The position numbers and the translations under genes are program-made. 64,000 bases of DNA, taken from NCBI GenBank assembly GCA_947476405.1, contig CANJQG010000006.1, positions 5,522 through 69,521 of the forward strand, read 5' to 3'. The stretch comes from Thiotrichales bacterium. Lineage in GTDB: Bacteria > Pseudomonadota > Gammaproteobacteria > Francisellales > CACEW01. Under the pieces are notes generated by a model. The model was not told the DNA's origin. It saw only the letters and a list, made by a program, of their open reading frames with translations, and made no database searches. Shown here piece after piece: positions 56,402 through 64,000 of this stretch (positions are counted from its first letter, which is position 1; each line of letters begins with the position of its first letter).

Positions 56402-57316
56402 TCATTCTACAACAGGCTCCCCTCGCGCTGCTGCGATAGGCTCGTGCAAAGGCGGAAGGGGATAAGCCCCAAAACAATAGGCCCCCGTTGCTTGAAGCTT
56501 CCTTACAGGTAGGGATTTGATTTTGCAGGAAGACGCGGCAATGGCTTTCACCAGCGACCCCTCTAAGTCCGGTATAAAATAACTTACTGAACACATCGGA
56601 CCAGAAGAAAACTCCTGGAATAATTGAGTCATTATAAAAAGAGATAAAAGCAGTATATTTCCATCACATTTAAATAAAGGGTTCAATCTAGAGGGATCAT
56701 CAATGCATTCAGCCCAATCCCTTAACACAAGCTGTGCTTTAAGACACTGCCAGCCAGACGATTCTTCAAGCAATGCAATATTGCTTTGAGCCTTTTTAAT
56801 ATAACGTGCTATTTTTTTTTGAAATCTATCCCGCAACACATCTAGCTCACTTGCCGTTTCACAGGTAATATGAAATATTCCCGGATAATAAGCAGGCCTA
56901 ATTGCATACTGAATCGTTTTAATATTCAAGAAATTACAAAACTTAGAAAAAGGCAGAAATCTTGAGACATCCAGGCCTTTCAAAATAATACAATGACCCT
57001 CCTGTTTCAAAGAATTCTCTTCATAACAAGGTATTTTTAAAATTTTGATGACCTGCTCAAATCGTTCAAATAAGGCCCGGGCATCCTCAGCTGATTCACA
57101 GCGAATCATGCAATATTCAGGCCTCCCCCCCTCGCCCTCCTCATCAATAATAAAAGAAATGTCATTCATCGCAATATATTTCTGACGCTCGACAAGCGGC
57201 GTAATCGTATGAACCTCATCAGGCCACCCAGCATCAGCCGCAAAACTAAGACGACGACAAGAATGAAGAACCTTCTCTGGCATTCCCTGCATATTATAAC
57301 GCTCCTTTAAAATCAC
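56402..57316 (-). CDS. Hypothetical Cys-rich protein (304 aa) with an internal repeat
   Basis: aa 68-94 YCMIRCESAEDARALFERFEQVIKILK and aa 147-174 IFHITCETASELDVLRDRFQKKIARYIK share I.CE.A.....L..RF...I. No family recognised. The start is uncertain. Confidence 0.5.
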   Translation of the reverse strand: MILKERYNMQGMPEKVLHSCRRLSFAADAGWPDEVHTITPLVERQKYIAMNDISFIIDEEGEGGRPEYCMIRCESAEDARALFERFEQVIKILKIPCYEENSLKQEGHCIILKGLDVSRFLPFSKFCNFLNIKTIQYAIRPAYYPGIFHITCETASELDVLRDRFQKKIARYIKKAQSNIALLEESSGWQCLKAQLVLRDWAECIDDPSRLNPLFKCDGNILLLSLFIMTQLFQEFSSGPMCSVSYFIPDLEGSLVKAIAASSCKIKSLPVRKLQATGAYCFGAYPLPPLHEPIAAARGEPVVE

Positions 57317-57406
57317 TGCATCCTGAAATTAAAGCATAAATATTTTAAACTGACAATTAAAAAAAACGGATAGACTGAACCCGTTTTTTCCTATAGAATT
57401 TCCCTC

Positions 57407-58453
57407 ATGAACGAATTATTTCTCAAAGCCATCGCCAAAAAGCCCATCCCACGCACGCCGATTTGGATGATGCGTCAAGCTGGGCGTTATTTGCCTGAGT
57501 ATCGCGCTGCGCGTGAAAAAGCAGGCAGCTTTTTACAGCTGTGTAAAACACCTGAACTCGCTTGTGAAGTGACGCTTCAACCGATTCGGCGCTTTGGTTT
57601 TGATGCAGCGATTTTATTCTCTGACATTCTGACTATTCCGGATGCGATGAATTTAGGCCTGACTTTTGCAGAAGGCGAAGGCCCTCGTTTCAGCAAAAAA
57701 CTGGAAACCGCTGCGGACATTATGAATCTTTCGATCCCAGATCCTGAAGTTGAACTGCGCTATGTGCCGGATACGATTCGCCTTCTGAAAAAAGAACTCA
57801 CGGTCCCTCTGATTGGCTTTGCCGGAAGCCCCTGGACCATTGCCTCTTATATGTTGGAAGGTCAAGCCCCTGGAGAATTTAAAAAGGCAAAAGGCCTGTT
57901 GTATCAAAACCCAAAACTCATGCATCATCTGCTGTATACGCTCGCACAATCGATTACCCTGTATTTACGCGCACAAATTGAGGCAGGCGTTGATACCGTC
58001 ATGTTATTTGACAGCTGGGGGGGCGCACTGACCGAGTCTGCTTATCACGAATTTTCATTTAATTATATGCAAGAAATCATCACCCAACTCAAAGCCCATC
58101 ACCCTAAAACGCCCGTTATTCTCTTTACCAAAGGCAGCGGCGCATGGCTTGAATTATTGAATACCAGCCCTGCAGATGTCATTGGACTAGACTGGCAAAC
58201 TTCCTTAAGCCGTGCACGCAATATTCTGGGTCAAAAGCATGCACTACAAGGCAATTTGGACCCCGCTATTTTACGTGCGGATGAATCGGTTATTGAAGCG
58301 GAAGTCAAAAAAGTACTCCATGCGTATGGGCCAGGATCCGGTCATATTTTTAACTTGGGCCATGGCATTACGCCGGATATTCATCCAGAAAAAGTCGCTT
58401 TTTTAGTCCAGTGCGTTAAAACCCAGAGTCATGATATAATGACTTCAAGTTAA
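57407..58453 (+). CDS. hemE: Uroporphyrinogen decarboxylase
   Basis: 348 aa. PIWMMRQAGRYLPEYR, AAILFSDIL, GFAGSPWT. Confidence 0.95.
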   Translation: MNELFLKAIAKKPIPRTPIWMMRQAGRYLPEYRAAREKAGSFLQLCKTPELACEVTLQPIRRFGFDAAILFSDILTIPDAMNLGLTFAEGEGPRFSKKLETAADIMNLSIPDPEVELRYVPDTIRLLKKELTVPLIGFAGSPWTIASYMLEGQAPGEFKKAKGLLYQNPKLMHHLLYTLAQSITLYLRAQIEAGVDTVMLFDSWGGALTESAYHEFSFNYMQEIITQLKAHHPKTPVILFTKGSGAWLELLNTSPADVIGLDWQTSLSRARNILGQKHALQGNLDPAILRADESVIEAEVKKVLHAYGPGSGHIFNLGHGITPDIHPEKVAFLVQCVKTQSHDIMTSS

Positions 58454-58468
58454 CTCATTTGTAAGATC

Positions 58469-59521
58469 ATGCCCAATAAAAAAGTACTCGTGATCGGCGG
58501 CGCAACTTTGGACACCATTATCCAATATGAAGACATGGAAACATTGATTCATCAACGCCACGATCAAATTCAATCCTATCTACTGCTTGAAGAAGGCAAA
58601 AAAATCGAAGTCTCTGCCCAACAGACTGCCAGTGGAGGCGGCGCAACCAATGCTGCAGTCTCCTTCAAACGACAAGGTTTTGATGTGAATCTGTTTTGTA
58701 AATTGGGCAAAGATGTGGCGGGTGAAAGGATTCTGCGCGAACTCCAAAGCTATGATTTAGATCTCTCCAATATTCGATTTGATGAAAAAGAAGGCACTGC
58801 GACTTCGTTTGTAGTTCCCTCTCTCAAAGGCGATCGCACAGTCTTTGCCTATCGCGGCGCGAATGCCCACTTACTCGACGATGACTTACCTTTAGACCCG
58901 ATCAAGAAAGCTGATTTTTTGTACATCACCTCCCTTAGCAAAAGCTCAGCCTCGCATCTGCCCGCCATTGTCGCCAAAGCTCAAAAAGATGAGGTCAAAG
59001 TGGCTGTCAACCCCGGAGTTAGCCAAATGAACAAAGGGGGTAGCGCCCTCCAGGAAAGCTTGCACGGCATTGACATTCTGATTCTTAATCAAGAAGAAGC
59101 GCAAGCCTTAATGATTTCGGTTTTACAAGGGGAAGGTTTATTAGAAGGCAGCTTCGCCATGGGCTATTTTAACCTGAAAGAATTTTTCAAAAAAATACTC
59201 AGCCTTGGCCCCAAAATAGTGGTTGTCACGAATGGCGGAGACGGCGTGCATGTTGCTACCGCTGAAAAACTTTATTTCCACAAAGCCCCAAAAATCAAAA
59301 TCGTGAATACCCTCGGCGCAGGCGATGCCTTCGGCTCAGGCTTTACCGGCGCTTATTATCAAACTCGCGACATTGCCCATGCCATCCGCGCCGGCATTGC
59401 CAACAGCGCATCAGTCATTCAATATCCTGATGCTAAAGAAGGATTGCTCTCTCAACAGGAACTGCAAAAGAAATTAGCAGATCTGCAGCTTGATGCTTTA
59501 AGCGTAAGTAATTGGGACTAA
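58469..59521 (+). CDS. PfkB-family carbohydrate kinase
   Basis: 350 aa. N-terminal GGATLD and C-terminal NTLGAGDAFGSGF anion-hole motif. Confidence 0.75.
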   Translation: MPNKKVLVIGGATLDTIIQYEDMETLIHQRHDQIQSYLLLEEGKKIEVSAQQTASGGGATNAAVSFKRQGFDVNLFCKLGKDVAGERILRELQSYDLDLSNIRFDEKEGTATSFVVPSLKGDRTVFAYRGANAHLLDDDLPLDPIKKADFLYITSLSKSSASHLPAIVAKAQKDEVKVAVNPGVSQMNKGGSALQESLHGIDILILNQEEAQALMISVLQGEGLLEGSFAMGYFNLKEFFKKILSLGPKIVVVTNGGDGVHVATAEKLYFHKAPKIKIVNTLGAGDAFGSGFTGAYYQTRDIAHAIRAGIANSASVIQYPDAKEGLLSQQELQKKLADLQLDALSVSNWD

Positions 59522-59605
59522 TATCCGTTACGCCACCCTTGATCTTTTTAGATTAATCAATGATAATAAATAAAGAAAATTCATTAATCATATAGGAAAG
59601 ATATC

Positions 59606-60616
59606 ATGACAATACGGGTTGCAATTAACGGTTATGGGCGCATTGGTAAAAATATTCTGAGAGCTTTATATGAAAGCGGAAAAAATAAACACATTCAAAT
59701 TGTTGCTATTAATGATTTGGGCGACCCTAAAATTCTGCAACACTTAACACGATATGATACCGTTCACGGCCCTTTTAATGGAACGGTTGAGTTAGATGGA
59801 AATGATTTAATTGTCAATGGCGACCGCATCAAAGTGATCTCCGAGCGCGACCCTGCCAACCTCCCCTGGAAAGCAATGAATATCGATGTCGTCCATGAAT
59901 GTACAGGCTTCTTTACGACAAAAGAAAAAGCAGCCAAACATTTACAAGCTGGCGCTAAAAAAGTCATTATTTCTGCACCCGGTGGGCATGATGTTGATGC
60001 AACGATTGTCTTCGGCGTCAATGACTCTGTTTTAACCAGCGCAATGACAGTGATCTCCAATGCATCTTGCACCACAAACTGCCTTGCACCTCTTGTGAAA
60101 CCCCTTCATGCTGCACTGGGCCTGGAAAAAGGCTTGATGACCACGATTCATGCCTATACCAACGATCAAAAATTAACAGACGTTTACCATGAAGATGTTC
60201 GTCGCGCTCGTTCAGCAACCCACTCTATGATCCCCACCAAAACCGGCGCCGCCTCTGCAGTGGGATTAGTCATGCCTGAATTAAATGGCAAGCTTGATGG
60301 TTTTGCAATGCGCGTCCCTGTAATTAATGTTTCTGTCGTTGATTTAACATTCACTGCAAAACGGGATACCACAGTCGAAGAAGTCAACGCTATTCTCAAA
60401 GCCGCGAGTGAAGGTGAATTAAAAGGCATTTTGGCCTGTAATGATTTACCCCTGGTTTCTATTGATTTTAATCATAATCCGCACTCATCCATCTTTGATG
60501 CGACACAAACCAAAGTGATCGGAAACCTAGTGAAAGTCCTGTCCTGGTATGACAATGAATGGGGTTTTTCCAACCGTATGCTTGATACGACGATTGCATT
60601 TATGACCGCAAAATAA
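59606..60616 (+). CDS. gap: Glyceraldehyde-3-phosphate dehydrogenase, type I
   Basis: 336 aa. [10 protein letters not shown], active site [21 protein letters not shown]. Confidence 0.96.
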   Translation: MTIRVAINGYGRIGKNILRALYESGKNKHIQIVAINDLGDPKILQHLTRYDTVHGPFNGTVELDGNDLIVNGDRIKVISERDPANLPWKAMNIDVVHECTGFFTTKEKAAKHLQAGAKKVIISAPGGHDVDATIVFGVNDSVLTSAMTVISNASCTTNCLAPLVKPLHAALGLEKGLMTTIHAYTNDQKLTDVYHEDVRRARSATHSMIPTKTGAASAVGLVMPELNGKLDGFAMRVPVINVSVVDLTFTAKRDTTVEEVNAILKAASEGELKGILACNDLPLVSIDFNHNPHSSIFDATQTKVIGNLVKVLSWYDNEWGFSNRMLDTTIAFMTAK

Positions 60617-60630
60617 ACTAAAATAATAGA

Positions 60631-60679
60631 CGGTCATTTTCATCTTTAGGAAAGAGAGAGTCACTGATGAAAATGACCG
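60631..60679. terminator. Long hairpin between convergent gap and the helicase-nuclease gene (possible bidirectional terminator)
   Basis: CGGTCATTTTCATC (60631-60644) and GATGAAAATGACCG (60666-60679) are perfect 14-bp inverted repeats with a 21-nt loop. Confidence 0.5.
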
Positions 60680-60704
60680 CAAATTGATTTTATTATAGAC
60701 TGAT

Positions 60705-63641
60705 CTAATTGTCAACACACTCGAGATGGTCTAATTCCGGAAAATACAAGCCCAGACGGATCGATTTTTTTTCATCCAGCTTTTTAACAAGCACCTGATA
60801 ATGGCGCAATTGGGGCCCATACGCTTTTTTCATCCGCTCTAAAAACACTTCCAATCGCTCATCTTGTTGTGGATGAGTGACTTTGTAATCGATGATATAT
60901 CGAACCCCTTCACAAACAAAACTGCGATCAATAATATTTTTGACCATCTCACCTTTTGCATTAATTGAAACCAGCGGCCATTCACTATGCGCCTCTTCAT
61001 GAGGAGACAATAGCCATTGCGCGGTCAGGCTGCGCTCGAGCCCCTGAATAATCACCAACGCCTCGGCAGTTGCATCTTGAATAGAAGGCGCCTGCTGATA
61101 ACGGGCGCGACACTCCAAATAATGATGGATATATTCACCCAAAGCACGCTCTTTTTCAGAATTCGACTGAGCAGGAATAGAGGGAGGCTCAATACATTCA
61201 GGCGCTTTCCAAGGGCTCAATACTTTGGGCTTTAAGCGCCAAATGCCTTGATCAATCGATTGCAGCTTCGGCAATTGCAAATCAAGCTCAGCAGTTTGAT
61301 AATGCAAATCCAAATTCAAACTGGGCATCAAATATTTTAAAAACGTCTTCGCTGGTGTTTTCCACTCGTTCTTAGCATCCAACTCAATCACCGCAGAAAG
61401 CCAGAGACTTTGCTTAGCACGAGTCATGGCAACATACAGCAAGCGCAAAATTTCCTGCTCACCCTTTTGGGCATTGAGCCATTTTAAATACGCATAACTC
61501 GGAGATGCTTCTGCCACGGCTCCTGCACGCTCTGCCAATAAAAAATAAAAGTGTTGATTCAAATAAAAAACGTGAGATAGTAGAATGGGTGAATCTGAAC
61601 GAGACGGCTGACGATTTAAAGCCGGCAAAAAAACGTGATCAAACTCGAGCCCCTTTGACTGATGAATAGTCAACAATAAAACGCCTGATGCATTGGACCC
61701 CGCCTCCTCACCCGGATCAAAAGCAGATAACTGACGTTTAAAGTCAGCATACGATGGCATTGCTTTGCATAGACAAAGAAAACGTGTAAAAATTTCTACA
61801 ATACGTGCATCCTGAGGTGATTTTATAATCTCCACCCCTGCAATTCTTCCCCAAACTTGCCGCCACTTTAAATAAAGTGGCAAATGCTGATCCGTCCCTT
61901 CCAAAATGGGATAAAGCGCAGCAAGCAGATGGCGAACTCTTTGGTGCCCCTCTTCTGACAACTCAGATTCTTCCAATAAAAGTGTTTTCCAAATCACCTG
62001 CTGCTCACTTTGCATCGCAATTTTAAGAAGATCCGCCTTCATCAATCCACAAAAGGGCGAGCGGAGCAAGGCCATCCATGCAAGGCGATTTCCTAAATGT
62101 TGCATGCTATAAATAAGATTCATCAAATCATCAACCAACGGTGCATTCAGCCAATGTTGATCTTTTTTAATTGAATAAGGAATATTAGCTTGGTTTAACG
62201 CAAGAATAATCTCAGAAAAATGACTTCGCGCTCGCACCAAAATAGCAATACTTTCGTTTGATTTAGACTTTTGTATTGTCGAAATATGCCTGACAATACT
62301 TTTTGCCTCTTGCATTGGGTCTGCAAAAAAATGTTGTTGCACGCCCTGAGCATCAGGAAAATCACGTTGTGGTTCACTCTCCATAAACTGAACTTTTCCT
62401 AAAACCGAATCAGCTTCTGGCGGAAACATCTGCTGTCCAGCCCGGTTAATAAAATGAACAATCTTTGGATCACTCCGAAAATTACGCCGAAGCAATAAAG
62501 GGGTCAGCTTAATTGCACCGATTCCCTCCGAACGTGCTTGCAAAAACAAGCCCACATTGGCATTCCTAAAGCCGTAAATCGACTGCTTTGGATCCCCCAC
62601 CAAAAACAAAGTGCGCCCATCCTGAGATTGCCAATCCGTTGTCAGGGCTTTCAAAAGACGAAACTGTAAATTCGAGGTATCCTGAAACTCATCCACCAGA
62701 ATATGCTTAATTTTGGTGTCCATACGCTGCATGATTTCAGGATCTGTTTCAAGCAAATGCACCGCAGACAAAGCAATATCATGAAAATCAGTCCATTGAT
62801 TCTCATGCAAAACCATCTGTAAATAGGCTGCGGCCAAAGGCAAGACTTCTAATAAAATTGGCAGCAGTGAGTCCTCTTTTTTCTCCCACTCAGGCAGATG
62901 TCGCACTTTGATCAAAAAATCTAGAAATTCAAGGGGAACCGGTTCTTTGATGCATTTACGCACCTCATCTTTCTGAGTCAAAACGCGATCGGCAATCCCC
63001 TTCAAATTTGTTTCATCTCCAAAGGATGCGCGATAAGATGCGGGCTTTAAATTTTGCCATTCCTGCCAAGCCGCAGCATGCAACTTTTTAACACAGGTTT
63101 CCTGCAAAGCGAATGCATTGCCATGATGCTTGGCCCCCAAAACAATCGGCAACCATTCCTCCCTGCTTTTCAACAAATCAAAAAGCAGGTCCGTCACCAT
63201 CAACAATTGATTATCAAAATACTGAAATAAGGCACAAAATGCTACTGAACCTTCATCCTGCTTTTCAATCACATTCAGTAATGCAGCCAGAAATGCCTGC
63301 TTCAATACAGCTTCATCCTCCAACATTTCAGCTGTTAAAACGGGGCTGGTCAGCGGCGCTTGATTCACCACAACCCGACAAAACGAATCGATGGTCATCA
63401 CTTGAATATTTGGATTTAAATGCGCTTCACCCTGTGCTTTTGCAATCCGCTCCTGCATCTCATGCGCTGCTTTACGCGTAAAAGTAATCGCCAGAATTTC
63501 TTCTGGCCGCTCTACCGTCTCCAATAATTTCAGATAGCGCTTGACCAGGAGATCCGTCTTTCCAGACCCAGCTGGCGCCTCAACAATAAAAGAGTCCAGC
63601 GGATCTAAAGCCTGTAAACGCGCAACGGAGTCACTCATCAT
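60705..63641 (-). CDS. UvrD-like helicase fused to a PD-(D/E)XK nuclease (AddA/RecB-type)
   Basis: 978 aa. EAPAGSGKT, VDEFQDTS, LVGDPKQSIYGFRNA, RNFRS, TIHQSKGLEFDHVF, YVAMTRA. C-terminal nuclease motif IDRSF..RYIIDYKV. Confidence 0.85.
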   Translation of the reverse strand: MMSDSVARLQALDPLDSFIVEAPAGSGKTDLLVKRYLKLLETVERPEEILAITFTRKAAHEMQERIAKAQGEAHLNPNIQVMTIDSFCRVVVNQAPLTSPVLTAEMLEDEAVLKQAFLAALLNVIEKQDEGSVAFCALFQYFDNQLLMVTDLLFDLLKSREEWLPIVLGAKHHGNAFALQETCVKKLHAAAWQEWQNLKPASYRASFGDETNLKGIADRVLTQKDEVRKCIKEPVPLEFLDFLIKVRHLPEWEKKEDSLLPILLEVLPLAAAYLQMVLHENQWTDFHDIALSAVHLLETDPEIMQRMDTKIKHILVDEFQDTSNLQFRLLKALTTDWQSQDGRTLFLVGDPKQSIYGFRNANVGLFLQARSEGIGAIKLTPLLLRRNFRSDPKIVHFINRAGQQMFPPEADSVLGKVQFMESEPQRDFPDAQGVQQHFFADPMQEAKSIVRHISTIQKSKSNESIAILVRARSHFSEIILALNQANIPYSIKKDQHWLNAPLVDDLMNLIYSMQHLGNRLAWMALLRSPFCGLMKADLLKIAMQSEQQVIWKTLLLEESELSEEGHQRVRHLLAALYPILEGTDQHLPLYLKWRQVWGRIAGVEIIKSPQDARIVEIFTRFLCLCKAMPSYADFKRQLSAFDPGEEAGSNASGVLLLTIHQSKGLEFDHVFLPALNRQPSRSDSPILLSHVFYLNQHFYFLLAERAGAVAEASPSYAYLKWLNAQKGEQEILRLLYVAMTRAKQSLWLSAVIELDAKNEWKTPAKTFLKYLMPSLNLDLHYQTAELDLQLPKLQSIDQGIWRLKPKVLSPWKAPECIEPPSIPAQSNSEKERALGEYIHHYLECRARYQQAPSIQDATAEALVIIQGLERSLTAQWLLSPHEEAHSEWPLVSINAKGEMVKNIIDRSFVCEGVRYIIDYKVTHPQQDERLEVFLERMKKAYGPQLRHYQVLVKKLDEKKSIRLGLYFPELDHLECVDN

Positions 63642-64000
63642 AAATCCAAGGTGACTTCTCGAAAATACTGTTTGAGAGATTTCATTTCTGAAATCCCACC
63701 ACGAGCAGCAATGTATTGATCAGGTCTGATTAAAATCCATGTGGGTACCCGCACCCGATAACACTGATAAAGGCCTAAATTAATACTGCTAACCGGCACT
63801 AAATTAACTGGAAATGGACAATTTTTTAACAATACTTTATGATCTGTCTCACGCCCCCCAAATACCAATAGTGTATGCTGGGGAACAATACAACGGGAAT
63901 AAAGAGAAACGCCATCTAATAAACCTTCTAACAAACGCGTTCCAGGATAACCCGGATGGTCTTTTGGCCGAATCACCAGGGGGCTTTGCTTATAAAAAAT
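63638..64000 (-). CDS. C-terminal fragment of a probable FAD-dependent monooxygenase (ORF open to the window edge)
   Basis: PGTRLLEGLLDGVSLYS..HTLLVFGG....WILIRPDQYIAARG resembles the C-terminal region of aromatic-ring hydroxylases (G.R.P...L.DG.SL...F.LL....LVRPDGYVAW). No stop codon up to position 64000. ATGA overlap with the helicase start. Confidence 0.4.
   Translation of the reverse strand: MFYKQSPLVIRPKDHPGYPGTRLLEGLLDGVSLYSRCIVPQHTLLVFGGRETDHKVLLKNCPFPVNLVPVSSINLGLYQCYRVRVPTWILIRPDQYIAARGGISEMKSLKQYFREVTLDL

Noticed and set aside
57361-57389. A/T-clamped hairpin AAAAAACGG..CCGTTTTTT read as an intrinsic terminator
   Set aside because: It lies between two divergently transcribed starts (57316 minus, 57407 plus), so no upstream transcript needs terminating. 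The stem has only three G-C pairs. It is mentioned only as context in the hemE finding.

Overview
This 64-kb window is densely packed chromosomal core genome from an AT-rich Gram-negative bacterium. The protein signatures look gammaproteobacterial. The coiled-coil porins, orphan effector-like ORFs and overall gene content suggest a Legionellales/Coxiella-like lineage, but that is only an inference. About 60 protein genes lie on both strands and most are clear housekeeping genes: yebC'-ruvC-ruvA, nadA, msrBA, gatCAB, apaH, hemJ, recQ, class II DAHP synthase, cspA / rhlE-hrpA, gshB, cfa, dnaA-dnaN-uvrD, secB-rsmB, ffs-dnaX-ybaB, ribE, dksA-pcnB, fabI, fba, hemE and gap. RNA genes are tRNA-Val/Lys (about 2.6 kb), tRNA-His/Arg/Pro (about 51.5 kb) and an SRP (4.5S) RNA upstream of dnaX. 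I found no transposase, integrase, phage gene, CRISPR array or recognisable defence or toxin gene, so I cannot name a canonical system. The candidates for something undescribed are listed here. (1) A four-gene outer-membrane cluster (16.9-20.6 kb) has two paralogous coiled-coil beta-barrel proteins bracketing two paralogous small two-Cys secreted proteins, with a third paralogue at 35.8 kb. (2) Two PapD-like periplasmic chaperones sit in tandem with no usher or pilin (43.5-45.0 kb). (3) A 0.72-kb AT-rich gap carries an array of DnaA boxes 22 kb from dnaA and may be oriC. (4) A KdpD sensor ends before its histidine-kinase core. (5) An A11 slippery run in dnaX has stops in both alternative frames. 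(6) Several orphan ORFs stand out: a 595-aa protein with a 36-bp tandem repeat, a 356-aa plus 173-aa pair coupled to DAHP synthase, and a 304-aa plus 141-aa pair. All functional calls come from reading the translated ORFs against remembered family motifs. No searches were run.
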